From contig JAEEJJ010000075.1 of the NCBI GenBank assembly GCA_016281805.1, forward strand, positions 1 through 46,411: 46,411 nt of DNA, written 5' to 3'. The position numbers and the translations under genes were made by a program. Origin of the DNA: Clostridiales bacterium (GTDB lineage Bacteria > Bacillota > Clostridia > Oscillospirales > UBA644). The notes beneath the pieces were generated by a model. The model saw only the letters and a program-made list of their open reading frames with translations, was not told the DNA's origin and did no database searches. Shown in pieces: positions 30,485 through 39,811 of this stretch (positions are counted from its first letter, which is position 1; every line of letters begins with the position of its first letter).

Positions 30485-30511
30485 ATTTTACCGTAAATCT
30501 GCCCGTATCTA

Positions 30512-30540
30512 TTGACATTCCGTCTTTTTTTCGGTATAAT
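30512..30540 (+). promoter_or_regulatory. Sigma-A promoter
   Basis: TTGACA-17-TATAAT. Confidence 0.8.
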
Positions 30541-30573
30541 AGGTATAATATCATCAGAAAAGAGGTTTTTTAA

Positions 30574-31962
30574 ATGTCAGGTTTTAATAAAGTGCTTGCT
30601 TTGCTCCTTGTGGTTCTGACTGTCTTTTCAGCTTGTCAGACAGCTGCTCCCGAAATTGTTCCTGAATATGATTTTGAAACATCAGAGGGCGATCTCGGAG
30701 GCTTTAACGCTGTTTTCGGATGGTCCGGAACTCAGGGCGAAAATGTTCTCGGCTTTGTTTTTGACACCGCAAACGCCGATTACGCCGCAAAACGTATAAA
30801 AGACGTTGAAAACGCTCTGAACTGTAAAATAGATATTTATTACGATCCTGATAAGATTATCGGAATGCTGCGTGCAGGCGTTATGTCAGGCTCTCAGCCT
30901 TTTGATATTATGGAGGGCGACGGATATCATCTTGTATCCGATGTCCGCGCAGGTTATCTTACCGGCCTTAAAGAATATCTTGATATTGAAAATACCGATA
31001 AATGGGGCACTCCGAATATGCTCCAGTCCATGTTGTGGAATGATGATATATACGGCGTTGTTCCTTTTGCATGGCCGGAACTTGTATACAGAACTCCAGG
31101 ACATCTCCTCGCAGTAAACGAAAATCTCATAACATCTCTCGGTCAGCCGGATCCTCGTGAATTCGTCGAAAATTATACATGGACATGGGATCTTTTTGAA
31201 GAAAAACTCGAGGAATATACTTTTGAAGAGGGCGGTTATACGGTATATGCTCTGAGATGTCATCCCGCATACTTCTCAATCAATATGTTCCTTTCAAGCG
31301 GTGTTGCTCTCTCAGCGTTCGAAAACGGCAGTGTCGTCTGCGGTCTTTATACAGATATAGGCAGAGAAGCTATGCAGCGCGCACAGGATATCTATCAGGT
31401 ATCGCATAAACATTGCTTCCATCCGCAAACAGATTCCACCGGTCATGACGAATTTATTTCGGGTCAGGCAGTAATGTATCTCACATGGACATATGAGCTT
31501 ACAAACGATACGCAGTATATTATGTATAATATGGATAACGTCGGCGTTCTTCCTTTCCCGCAGGGACCTCACGCCACACCGGGCAAGTATCTTTCATACC
31601 ATGAAGGATTAGGCTACGCTACGGGGATCCCTGCCAACGCAAAAGATCCCGCCGCGTCAGCGCTTATTCTTTCAGCTATTTACGAACCGTTTGAAGAATA
31701 TAAAGATAAAGACAGCATTGTTGATTATATGACTTCTCAGGTTTTCCATGATATCCGCGATACAGAGGTCATTCTTAATTCCGTCCGTAATACCGAATAC
31801 GGTTTCTTTAAGGAAGGCGCACGCAAAGCGCTTGAAAATGTTCTCGGCACACATGACTCTGTTCCGCAGATACTTGATTCTCTCAAAAATGCATACGATG
31901 AAATAGTTGAAAAATACATGGCTCCGCACTATGCTGCCCGTATAGCCGTATATGGTGAATAA
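30574..31962 (+). CDS. Extracellular solute-binding lipoprotein (paralogue 2)
   Basis: Lipobox FSAC; DPREFVENYTWTW, VLPFPQGP. Confidence 0.75.
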   Translation: MSGFNKVLALLLVVLTVFSACQTAAPEIVPEYDFETSEGDLGGFNAVFGWSGTQGENVLGFVFDTANADYAAKRIKDVENALNCKIDIYYDPDKIIGMLRAGVMSGSQPFDIMEGDGYHLVSDVRAGYLTGLKEYLDIENTDKWGTPNMLQSMLWNDDIYGVVPFAWPELVYRTPGHLLAVNENLITSLGQPDPREFVENYTWTWDLFEEKLEEYTFEEGGYTVYALRCHPAYFSINMFLSSGVALSAFENGSVVCGLYTDIGREAMQRAQDIYQVSHKHCFHPQTDSTGHDEFISGQAVMYLTWTYELTNDTQYIMYNMDNVGVLPFPQGPHATPGKYLSYHEGLGYATGIPANAKDPAASALILSAIYEPFEEYKDKDSIVDYMTSQVFHDIRDTEVILNSVRNTEYGFFKEGARKALENVLGTHDSVPQILDSLKNAYDEIVEKYMAPHYAARIAVYGE

Positions 31963-32085
31963 TTGGCTTTGATCAGTTGCTGATGCACAAATAAACATGC
32001 AAAATCATGGCAACGCACGGTAAATCGCCTGTATGTTTTCAATACTTCATTGATACAGAAACCGAGTAAACCACAAAAATAAGAT

Positions 32086-32123
32086 AAAAAACATCCGCGC
32101 GGCATTATAGTCGTGCGGATGTT
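32086..32123. terminator. Terminator between convergent genes
   Basis: AACATCCGCGCGGC...GTCGTGCGGATGTT. Confidence 0.7.
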
Positions 32124-32149
32124 CTGTAATATTTTCTATTATTCTGATC

Positions 32150-33583
32150 TCATTGGACAACTTCATTGATATTCCAGCCCGAAGACATGAAATCTCCCTT
32201 TGTGTCATAAAGATTTCTCAGTATAGCGGCATTTTCAGTTACGGCATAGTAAGGTCCTTCTTCGCCTTCCTGCCATGCGCACGATGCGGCGTATGTTGCT
32301 TTGCTCAACCATGACGGCAGATCCTGCCATGTTGTCTGTAAAATGCCGTATGCCTTAAGTTCTTTTGCGTCTGCATCAAGCGAACGGACGTTTTCATTTT
32401 CAAGCCACGGACACACTACGGTGTCAAAACCTTTGTCTATAAAATATTTCGTTGTTACGTTAAATCTTTTCGTGTTCCAATATTCCCAGTCTGCAATGAT
32501 AATGTCTTTATCTATAAGATCGATAGCTGCCGCGGTATTTTTATTTTCTCCGCTTGCTACAACAGGTCCTTCGCCGAAATCCGAACGTCTTATAAACTGA
32601 TCATGCCATACTATAGACCGTCTTCCCTTTTTTCGCAGATCGTCCGCCGTTTCGTTCAGAAATTCCGCAAGAAGCTCATGCGGCACATGTTTTCTGCATC
32701 TGTCGCAGCTCGCAAATGAATAGGATTCGTCAAATCCCAGATGAAAATACCTGCCGTCCCCGAAAAAATCGATCAGCTCATTGCGTATTTCAGCAAGCAG
32801 TTTCTTCGTATCGGGATTCGTTATGCACCATGTCCATCCGTCGGGTTCAAAAAGCCTTGCAAGACGAGGGTTTGTATTCAAAACAACATGCCGCCCATAC
32901 ATCGCCCGCGACTGTGTTGCATGCCCGAGCTGATTTGACATAGGTATCGGTTCCATTCCGTAACTGCGGATAAGACTGACAAGTTTTTTATAATCCTCTT
33001 TTGAGTGCGATCTGTCGCTCCATGAAAGTTCAGGTAAGCAATCATATCGGAAGGTGCCCCAGAATTCCAGTATAACATGCGTCATTTTTAAAAAACCGGC
33101 AAGATGGATCGCTTTTTCTATGTTGTAAAGCTCCGTGTCAGGAAAAATGCAGAAATGTATCGCTCTGAACAAAACAGCAGGGGAGTCGTGGATCTCAACA
33201 GCAGAAATATACAATGATTCTTCGCCGATTTTGAGATTGTCGGGACATATAAGCTGAACGAGAGTTTTTATCCCATCTATAAGTCCTTTTCCATCGTGCC
33301 CCGATACGGAAAAACCTTCGGGCGTTGCAATTATCGAATAAGTGTCATCGTCTTTCAGGCAGCTTTTTGCTTTGCCTGCTGTAAAAGTATAATTCTCTTC
33401 ACCTTCTTCGAGCAATAACTCACACGCTCCGAAACTGAATCTTTTCCATAAGTATTTTGTCCTCTCCGCCATATCCGCCGATAGTCCGTTGACTTTTACA
33501 GTCAGTTTTGAACTGAAAACAAAACGATTCTCTTCATCTTCTTTAATATATTTCGGTTTCGGGTACAGATGACTCAGATACAT
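32150..33583 (-). CDS. GH20-family beta-N-acetylhexosaminidase-like protein
   Basis: Probable ATG 33583 (AGGAG RBS); IHDSP..FRAIH, LGH, FHLGFDES (catalytic DE), WHD, DWEY. Confidence 0.82.
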   Translation of the reverse strand: MYLSHLYPKPKYIKEDEENRFVFSSKLTVKVNGLSADMAERTKYLWKRFSFGACELLLEEGEENYTFTAGKAKSCLKDDDTYSIIATPEGFSVSGHDGKGLIDGIKTLVQLICPDNLKIGEESLYISAVEIHDSPAVLFRAIHFCIFPDTELYNIEKAIHLAGFLKMTHVILEFWGTFRYDCLPELSWSDRSHSKEDYKKLVSLIRSYGMEPIPMSNQLGHATQSRAMYGRHVVLNTNPRLARLFEPDGWTWCITNPDTKKLLAEIRNELIDFFGDGRYFHLGFDESYSFASCDRCRKHVPHELLAEFLNETADDLRKKGRRSIVWHDQFIRRSDFGEGPVVASGENKNTAAAIDLIDKDIIIADWEYWNTKRFNVTTKYFIDKGFDTVVCPWLENENVRSLDADAKELKAYGILQTTWQDLPSWLSKATYAASCAWQEGEEGPYYAVTENAAILRNLYDTKGDFMSSGWNINEVVQ

Positions 33584-33671
33584 AAACTCAGGCTCCTGTT
33601 TCATATATTGTTTTTTCGATCGCCATTTTAAAGCTTTTTTTCAAAAATATCAAATCAGGCTTTATATCGTT

Positions 33672-33699
33672 ATTATACCATAAATCATCCCGTTGTCAA
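33672..33699 (-). promoter_or_regulatory. Sigma-A promoter of GH20 gene
   Basis: Minus strand TTGACA-16-TATAAT with extended TG. Confidence 0.7.
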
Positions 33700-33744
33700 G
33701 ATTGAAATAACTGTTTATATCATTTTATCTTTCTCGGGCTAATG

Positions 33745-33842
33745 AAAAAAAGCTCCGATACGCTCGGAGCTTTTCAGCAATTGTTGAAAGGAGTTGAAAA
33801 ACATGAAAAAAATATATTGGAAATGAAATAATCTTAATTTGT
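33745..33842 (-). ncRNA. Candidate ~98-nt small RNA with anti-SD/anti-AUG sequence
   Basis: Own promoter (33849-33877) and terminator (GCTCCGA-GCGTA-TCGGAGC-U7, 33745-33774); no RBS-led ORF on this strand; contains UUUUUUUCAUGUUUUUCAACUCCUUUC. Confidence 0.65.
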
Positions 33843-33848
33843 AACTGA

Positions 33849-33919
33849 ATTATACATCAAAAAAAACTGTTCGTCAACCCCGTTTTGCGCAAGTTGCATT
33901 TTTTACGGTGTAAGTTGCA
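33849..33919 (-). promoter_or_regulatory. sRNA promoter with upstream direct repeat
   Basis: TTGACG-17-TATAAT (33877-33849); AAGTTGCA at 33891 and 33912 (21-bp period). Confidence 0.65.
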
Positions 33920-33940
33920 AAAACAGCGTGTAAAATACAA

Positions 33941-33974
33941 AAAAAAGTCTGTCCTGTATTAACGGACAGACTTT
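33941..33974 (-). terminator. Terminator of SBP paralogue 3
   Basis: AAAGTCTGTCC...GGACAGACTTT with long U tract on minus strand. Confidence 0.8.
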
Positions 33975-34011
33975 ATTTAGTGTATTTTTATTATGATAAA
34001 AAAACGTTTTA

Positions 34012-35394
34012 TTAGTCTGATTTTTCTTCTTCGATCAGTTCCATGATCGTTTCAGCGTTCGGAATAACATACTGTCTTACCTTCTCGTTTGCAGAGCCGG
34101 ATGTCCGTTCAACTATTTCCGCGCCTGTCTTTCCGGTTTTAGCTGCGCTCGTGGCATTCTGAAAATAATCCCATATTCCGAGCGTATAATAATTCCATCG
34201 TGAATACTTCATAAACGTAGTAAACAGTTCAACATCACGCTTGTCGTAAAAAATAGTCGATGCATACGCCTTAAGTTCGTCAAGCGTTTCATACCCTTCA
34301 AACGGCTCAAATATTCTGTCGATAACCATCGCTGCAGCCTCCGGCTCATGGGCATTTACCCAAATTGCCATGCTGTCCGCGCCCGAGTATGCATTTACCC
34401 ATTCGCCGTAAGTTCCGTTCGGACCGCACGGGAACGGAACAACTCCGTAGTTATCAACATCGTATATCATTTCGTTTATCATATGCGAAAAAGATGTTTG
34501 CGCAAGTGTGATATTGCCGTTTATAAATGCCGCAACCATATCGTAGTGACCGAGATAGGTAATTATGTCCGCATGATTTCTCAGCAGGTTTGAACACCAG
34601 TCAAATGCATCTATAACGTTTTGCGAATCAAGCGCCGGAACCATTTTCCCGTCATTCTGAACAGCATAAAACTGCACTCCGTTCATCATTGTAAAATCAA
34701 GGATCGACCATGTGAGATTCATGGCCGTTGATGTGTATTCGCCGTCAACAACATGATAATCCGGCAGAACCTTTTCAAAAGTATCCCATGTCCACTCGCC
34801 GTTTTCAACATATTCGCGAGGGTCGGTAAGGTTGTATTTTGATACTGTATCCTCGTTTACGGCAAATATATTGTATGCGTAGAGCTTTTGCTTTCCTGGC
34901 CACGAAACGGGTGACACCGTGTATGGAATACCGTTGAACATACCCTGTTCAAGTATTCCCGGACTTCCGAATTTTTCTGCATTCGTGTAGTCGATATAAT
35001 CTCTCAGCGCGTCGAGAGGATAATATAATCCGTCTTTTGCGGGATTGTGCGGAGAATGTGAGCAGGCAATTTCTCCAACATATAAATTTGACGCTATCCT
35101 CGCAGTTTCATTGCCGAGAATCGTCTGTATGGAAATCTTGCAGTTATATTCGTCAGATATATCTTTGAGCCTTTTCAGATACAGATCACCCATCAGCGTT
35201 CCGACAGGATACTGAAACGGATGGTCAAGATCATAATCCTGAACGATCGTGCAGTCATATCCGCCGAGATCTACGGTATCTGTATTTGATTCACTGTCAA
35301 AATCAAGAAGAAACTCTTCTTTTTCTCTTTGCGTGCAGGAGCATATCGCAAAAAGGAACAGCAGAACAATTATAATCGAAACGCTTTTTTTCAT
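34012..35394 (-). CDS. Extracellular solute-binding lipoprotein (paralogue 3)
   Basis: ATG 35394 (AAGGGAG); lipobox ICSC; DPREYVENGEWTW, VVPFPCGP. Confidence 0.75.
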   Translation of the reverse strand: MKKSVSIIIVLLFLFAICSCTQREKEEFLLDFDSESNTDTVDLGGYDCTIVQDYDLDHPFQYPVGTLMGDLYLKRLKDISDEYNCKISIQTILGNETARIASNLYVGEIACSHSPHNPAKDGLYYPLDALRDYIDYTNAEKFGSPGILEQGMFNGIPYTVSPVSWPGKQKLYAYNIFAVNEDTVSKYNLTDPREYVENGEWTWDTFEKVLPDYHVVDGEYTSTAMNLTWSILDFTMMNGVQFYAVQNDGKMVPALDSQNVIDAFDWCSNLLRNHADIITYLGHYDMVAAFINGNITLAQTSFSHMINEMIYDVDNYGVVPFPCGPNGTYGEWVNAYSGADSMAIWVNAHEPEAAAMVIDRIFEPFEGYETLDELKAYASTIFYDKRDVELFTTFMKYSRWNYYTLGIWDYFQNATSAAKTGKTGAEIVERTSGSANEKVRQYVIPNAETIMELIEEEKSD

Positions 35395-35428
35395 GGCAAT
35401 CTCCCTTCGGACGATATATGGTATAATA

Positions 35429-35457
35429 AATATAGCATAAATTTGAAAAAATGTCAA
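35429..35457 (-). promoter_or_regulatory. Sigma-A promoter
   Basis: Minus strand TTGACA-17-TATATT with extended TG. Confidence 0.7.
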
Positions 35458-35506
35458 CATTGATAAAATGTTTTATACATAAAAAGCTTATTGAACCCAT
35501 AAAGTA

Positions 35507-35535
35507 TTGACTTTACAGCGTAAAATGTTTATAAT
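35507..35535 (+). promoter_or_regulatory. Sigma-A promoter
   Basis: TTGACT-17-TATAAT. Confidence 0.75.
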
Positions 35536-35565
35536 ATGCATAATAAATATCAGGGGGAAGACTGA

Positions 35566-36018
35566 ATGAAAAATCGTGAAAAATGCTTTACTGATAATAA
35601 AACTGCTGCCGAGAAGAAAAGAATTCTGATAAGTACAGCATTTATTTTTACGGCGATACTTGTTTTGCTTACATCATGCCAAAGATACACATCATCATAC
35701 AAAGCCGTCGGTTTTGTGCACTCAAACGGACCGTCATCGGCATTTATGAACTTTTACTCATTTGAAGGGGTAATGGTTTTTTCGTGCACAGGCAAAAGAG
35801 AAGGGGATATATCCTTTTCCGCCAGACTTGAATCGGGCAGCGCAGATATTTATTACGATTACAACGGACAAAAAAATCTGCTTTTTTCAATATCCGGCGG
35901 CGACGAGATCAGTTCTAACGGCGGTTATTTTGAAAAAGGTCCGGTATATATTATTGTTGAAACAAACGGACAGTGTATGAACGGAGATTTTAAGTTTGAT
36001 CTTCGGAATCAGGAATAG
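35566..36018 (+). CDS. Small hypothetical lipoprotein
   Basis: Hydrophobic stretch ending LLTSC; beta-rich mature part; GGGGAAG RBS. Confidence 0.65.
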   Translation: MKNREKCFTDNKTAAEKKRILISTAFIFTAILVLLTSCQRYTSSYKAVGFVHSNGPSSAFMNFYSFEGVMVFSCTGKREGDISFSARLESGSADIYYDYNGQKNLLFSISGGDEISSNGGYFEKGPVYIIVETNGQCMNGDFKFDLRNQE

Positions 36019-36051
36019 AATCACCTTTGTGAGGATAATTACGAAGCGGCA

Positions 36052-36621
36052 ATGAACGATCACTTATCATATACTGTTTTGACAGGTAAAAATATCATTC
36101 TCAGAAAAGCCGAAGAAAACGACGGAAAATCGATTTACAGACATGTATGGGGCAACGAAAATGTCTATCTCCAAATGCTTTTTCAGCCTTCATTCAGCGA
36201 AAGTGAAGCCGTTGAAAGGTGCAAACGCAGCATCATTTATCAACAAAACAACTATGCATGGTTCGTTGCTTTGAAAGAAACCAATGAGGCTATAGGTCTT
36301 TGCGCAATTAAGGAGACCGAAAAGGGACAATGGGAAGAGGCAGGCATATGTATAGGCAACGAATTCTGGGGCAGAGGCATCGGTACGGAAATTTTATCGC
36401 TTCTGCTCGACTTATCGTTCAATCATCTTGGCGCTGAAGTTTTCAGATACGGATTTTTCAACGATAACCGCCGATCCGGGAATCTTGCACGGAAATTCGG
36501 TTTAACATATGATCGCACAGAGAAAATCATCCGTCCGTGGGACGGCGAGGAAAAAACAGTTGTTTCTTGTGTCCTTACAAAAGAGAGATATTTGTCTGCA
36601 ACAGACATTTCAACCGATTAA
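36052..36621 (+). CDS. GNAT N-acetyltransferase (RimJ/RimL-like)
   Basis: IILRK, AIGLC, EFWGRGIGTE acetyl-CoA loop, N..S..L..KFG. Confidence 0.85.
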   Translation: MNDHLSYTVLTGKNIILRKAEENDGKSIYRHVWGNENVYLQMLFQPSFSESEAVERCKRSIIYQQNNYAWFVALKETNEAIGLCAIKETEKGQWEEAGICIGNEFWGRGIGTEILSLLLDLSFNHLGAEVFRYGFFNDNRRSGNLARKFGLTYDRTEKIIRPWDGEEKTVVSCVLTKERYLSATDISTD

Positions 36622-36627
36622 AAAATC

Positions 36628-36668
36628 ATCCGATCCTACAGCGTTTGCTGCCGGATCGGATCTTTTTT
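36628..36668. terminator. Bidirectional terminator
   Basis: ATCCGATCC...GGATCGGAT followed by T run, between convergent genes. Confidence 0.7.
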
Positions 36669-36686
36669 ACTCTTTAACGCAAAAGA

Positions 36687-38096
36687 TCATCTGTCAAATT
36701 CTCCCCATACCGCAATGGTTCCGCGAACGGCAGGCATAATGTATTCTTCGAAAATTTCTGAGGCAGATTCTCTGTTGCTGTCTACAAAACTGCTCACCGC
36801 TCCGTTATATGTAATAAAATCCTTGTATTTTGAACCTATGCTGGTATTATTGAATAAATTATCCCACGATAAATACAAATCAAAGAAGCTGTCGCAGTCT
36901 GTTTTATCAAAGAAATAATAGCGTGACATATGCTCTTTTATCTTATCCGTTGTTTCAAATCCGGGGAGGGGACTGTATAATTCGTTCAATACTGTCGCGG
37001 CAGTTTCCGGGTCATGAGAGAGTATCGGGATCGTTATGCATATACCGTAACCGGAAAAAACACCGCATGCATATCCCGGTTCAGCGTTCGGCCCGTATGG
37101 AAACTGAAGGATACTGTAATTTTTCAGAGCTTTTGAAACAGCGTAGTCATCTGCTCCGAAGATATACGGCGTGCAGCACATTGCAGCTTCACCGTTATCG
37201 AATTTTTCAACTGTCGGAATGGGCAGAGCCGTGTATACAGCATACGAAAGGCTGCCTTTCAGAATATCTCTTGCCTCTTCCATAGCCTGGATCGCACTGT
37301 CCGATGAAAAACCGAAAACATATTTCCCGCTGTTGTCTCTGCCAACCATGCGGTCTCCGTTTGTTCTCACAAACATTTCCACAAAAGCACTGTCCGTTGT
37401 GGAAAAGCCGTAAATGCTTACGTTTCCGCTTTCGATCACGGTAGAATCTTCAATAAACTTTCTGAATGCTTCCCATGTCCATGTTTTTGTTTCAACATAT
37501 TCTCTCGGACTTGTAAGCGATAATTGCGCAACGATATCCTCATTGATTGCAAGCGGATATCCAAACGACATCTGAGTCAAAAGCGGCCACGCGGCCGGAA
37601 ATACTCCGTAAAGATCATCTTCATAGCATAATGCAAGAAGCTGATTTTTATTGCCCCATCTTTCAAAATCATTATAATCTATTATCCCGCCAAGCGATTT
37701 GATCCCTGTAAGAACTCCTGCTCTTATTGCACCTACCGCATTGTTTGAGTTTCCGCAGAGAATATCACAAAGATAAGTTCCGGCAAACGTCGTTGAGATC
37801 AGAGAGGAAAAGCTTTCTCCGCCGTAAACGATGTTCAGTTTGCAGTTAAGCTTATTTTCCGTATCGCTTATCCTCTTTTTTGCAAGATCTGAAAACTCCG
37901 TTCCGATCTCGTAGCCGAGAACGGTATTGTCGCCGTAAGATGCGTTGTATGTTATAACCTCTCCGTTAAGATCGATGTTTTCATCTGAAACATCCGTGAA
38001 ATCCTCATCAAATACCTCGGTAATGCCTGAACAGGAACAAACAAATATAGTAATAATAAAGCAGATAAATATCCTGAAAACTATATTGTATTTCAT
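36687..38096 (-). CDS. Extracellular solute-binding lipoprotein (paralogue 4)
   Basis: AAAGGAG RBS; lipobox VCSC; SPREYVETKTWTW, QFPYGP. Confidence 0.75.
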   Translation of the reverse strand: MKYNIVFRIFICFIITIFVCSCSGITEVFDEDFTDVSDENIDLNGEVITYNASYGDNTVLGYEIGTEFSDLAKKRISDTENKLNCKLNIVYGGESFSSLISTTFAGTYLCDILCGNSNNAVGAIRAGVLTGIKSLGGIIDYNDFERWGNKNQLLALCYEDDLYGVFPAAWPLLTQMSFGYPLAINEDIVAQLSLTSPREYVETKTWTWEAFRKFIEDSTVIESGNVSIYGFSTTDSAFVEMFVRTNGDRMVGRDNSGKYVFGFSSDSAIQAMEEARDILKGSLSYAVYTALPIPTVEKFDNGEAAMCCTPYIFGADDYAVSKALKNYSILQFPYGPNAEPGYACGVFSGYGICITIPILSHDPETAATVLNELYSPLPGFETTDKIKEHMSRYYFFDKTDCDSFFDLYLSWDNLFNNTSIGSKYKDFITYNGAVSSFVDSNRESASEIFEEYIMPAVRGTIAVWGEFDR

Positions 38097-38152
38097 ATGT
38101 TAGCTCCTTTGATCATCGGGAATTATCCGGATTTTATAAGAATTATCCTATT

Positions 38153-39568
38153 TCAGCCGAATATCTCTTCTGCGGTAGATTCCATATTAACAATATATTT
38201 TATTCTGTTTGCCTCATCTGCGTCAGCGATAGAGTCAAGACTTTCCTGCATAGTCTTGTTGTCTCTTATATTTATGTAAACATCCGTTATGCCTTCATGT
38301 CTGTAGTTATAAAGAATGGTTTTATACATTTCAACAAAGTTATAAACATCTCTGTCGTCGAAGAAATACTGTTTTCTCATATATTCAATCGTATCGTCTT
38401 CCGTCTCGTATCCGGGCAGCGGTTCATATATGGCGTCAAGTATCACTGCAGACATGACCGGTTCTTTGCAGAACGCGGGAATACTTGTTGTAAATCTTGT
38501 TGTTGTAATTGTTGAACCTGTATTTTTTAAAGAACCGTTCGGACCATGGGGAAACGGTACAATGCCGAAATTATCCATGTTGAATGCTATGGAGTTTTCT
38601 CCGCCGCAAAGATCCGTGCCGTTCATAAGGGTGAGAACGGATTTGCCGTCAAGAAAATTCTGAAGCATATTTGTCCAGTTGTTGGCGAGATCTATATTTA
38701 CATAAGTGGAATACTCTCCGAATGTCCAGTTCCATGCTGTCTGCATCGCTTCAAAAGTGATAGGGGAATGCAGTCCAAGTTGAAATTCGCCTTTTTCGTC
38801 TTTAATTACCGGCGGCTCACCGTTTGTTGTATGAATTGTTCTGAAGAGCCAGTGAACGGTTGTCTGAAGTGCCTTTACCTCGTCGCCGAAATCGTTTACA
38901 TGCGTATATATGGGCATAAGCTCTTCAAGCTTCCGCCATGTCCAGTCGTCTGCCTCAACAAATTCTCTCGGGTCTGTCTGACTGAGACGACTTATAATGT
39001 TTTCGTTTACAACCATTGCACCGTCTATTGAACGGTATTTCAGCATAGGCCATGCGGCGGGAATTACACCGTAAAGTCCACCGTTCCAGCATATCGGTTT
39101 AAGATCTTCCTTCATGCCCCATTTATTCGCATCCAGATAGTTGATCACGTCTCCGAGAACCGTAAGATCATATAAATAACCTGCCCTTGCAAGACCGGCG
39201 TTAGTGCTTGACTGTGCCTGGAGCGCGTCATAAGGAACCATTCCGCTTAAAGACATCGAAACGATCAGATTTGTAATATCCGAACCTGATGAGTCTACGG
39301 AAATTTTAACATTGTATTTGCTTTCAACCTCTTTTATCCTTCTCATTGCAAGATCGGCAAATTCAGTATTTACAACATATCCGAAATAATCTTCGCCAGT
39401 TGAATGTTCTTCATTTCTTTGCGCAAACGAGAATTCTGCTCCTCTGTAGTCGATTGCACCGACTTCGAGCTCATATTCAGGAATAGTCTCCTCTTCGGCA
39501 CTCTGTCCGCATGAGCAAAGCGCAAAAACCATTATGGCAGCAATCATCAGCGATATTATTTTTCTCAT
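38153..39568 (-). CDS. Extracellular solute-binding lipoprotein (paralogue 5)
   Basis: Lipobox LCSC; DPREFVEADDWTW, IVPFPHGP. Confidence 0.75.
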   Translation of the reverse strand: MRKIISLMIAAIMVFALCSCGQSAEEETIPEYELEVGAIDYRGAEFSFAQRNEEHSTGEDYFGYVVNTEFADLAMRRIKEVESKYNVKISVDSSGSDITNLIVSMSLSGMVPYDALQAQSSTNAGLARAGYLYDLTVLGDVINYLDANKWGMKEDLKPICWNGGLYGVIPAAWPMLKYRSIDGAMVVNENIISRLSQTDPREFVEADDWTWRKLEELMPIYTHVNDFGDEVKALQTTVHWLFRTIHTTNGEPPVIKDEKGEFQLGLHSPITFEAMQTAWNWTFGEYSTYVNIDLANNWTNMLQNFLDGKSVLTLMNGTDLCGGENSIAFNMDNFGIVPFPHGPNGSLKNTGSTITTTRFTTSIPAFCKEPVMSAVILDAIYEPLPGYETEDDTIEYMRKQYFFDDRDVYNFVEMYKTILYNYRHEGITDVYINIRDNKTMQESLDSIADADEANRIKYIVNMESTAEEIFG

Positions 39569-39633
39569 AGCAAAGTTCCTTTCACAGTTTATAGACTATT
39601 TTGTGCGAAAAATTTGTATATAATGCTGATTTA

Positions 39634-39662
39634 ATTATAAATCATCTTTTTAAAATTGTCAA
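39634..39662 (-). promoter_or_regulatory. Sigma-A promoter of SBP5-SBP4
   Basis: Minus strand TTGACA-17-TATAAT. Confidence 0.8.
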
Positions 39663-39811
39663 TATTAATTGGATTTTTCAATGTAGAAAAATACGTTCTT
39701 CATATGTATGATTTTTGTAGAAATTGCCGAAAAAATCTAAGATTGTTCATTTTTAGTTTATTTTTTTATGGTATTATCCAAATATTTATTTTTGGGTTAC
39801 GGGGAATATAT

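Noticed and set aside
33803-33826. Plus-strand mini-ORF MKKIYWK with strong GAAAGGAG RBS
   Set aside because: No good plus-strand promoter, and a terminator hairpin lies immediately upstream; promoter and U-tract polarity favour the antisense RNA. Not fully excluded.
24669-39568. Diversity-generating retroelement or phase-variable cassette behind the SBP paralogues
   Set aside because: No reverse transcriptase, recombinase or near-identical nucleotide repeats seen; paralogues look anciently diverged
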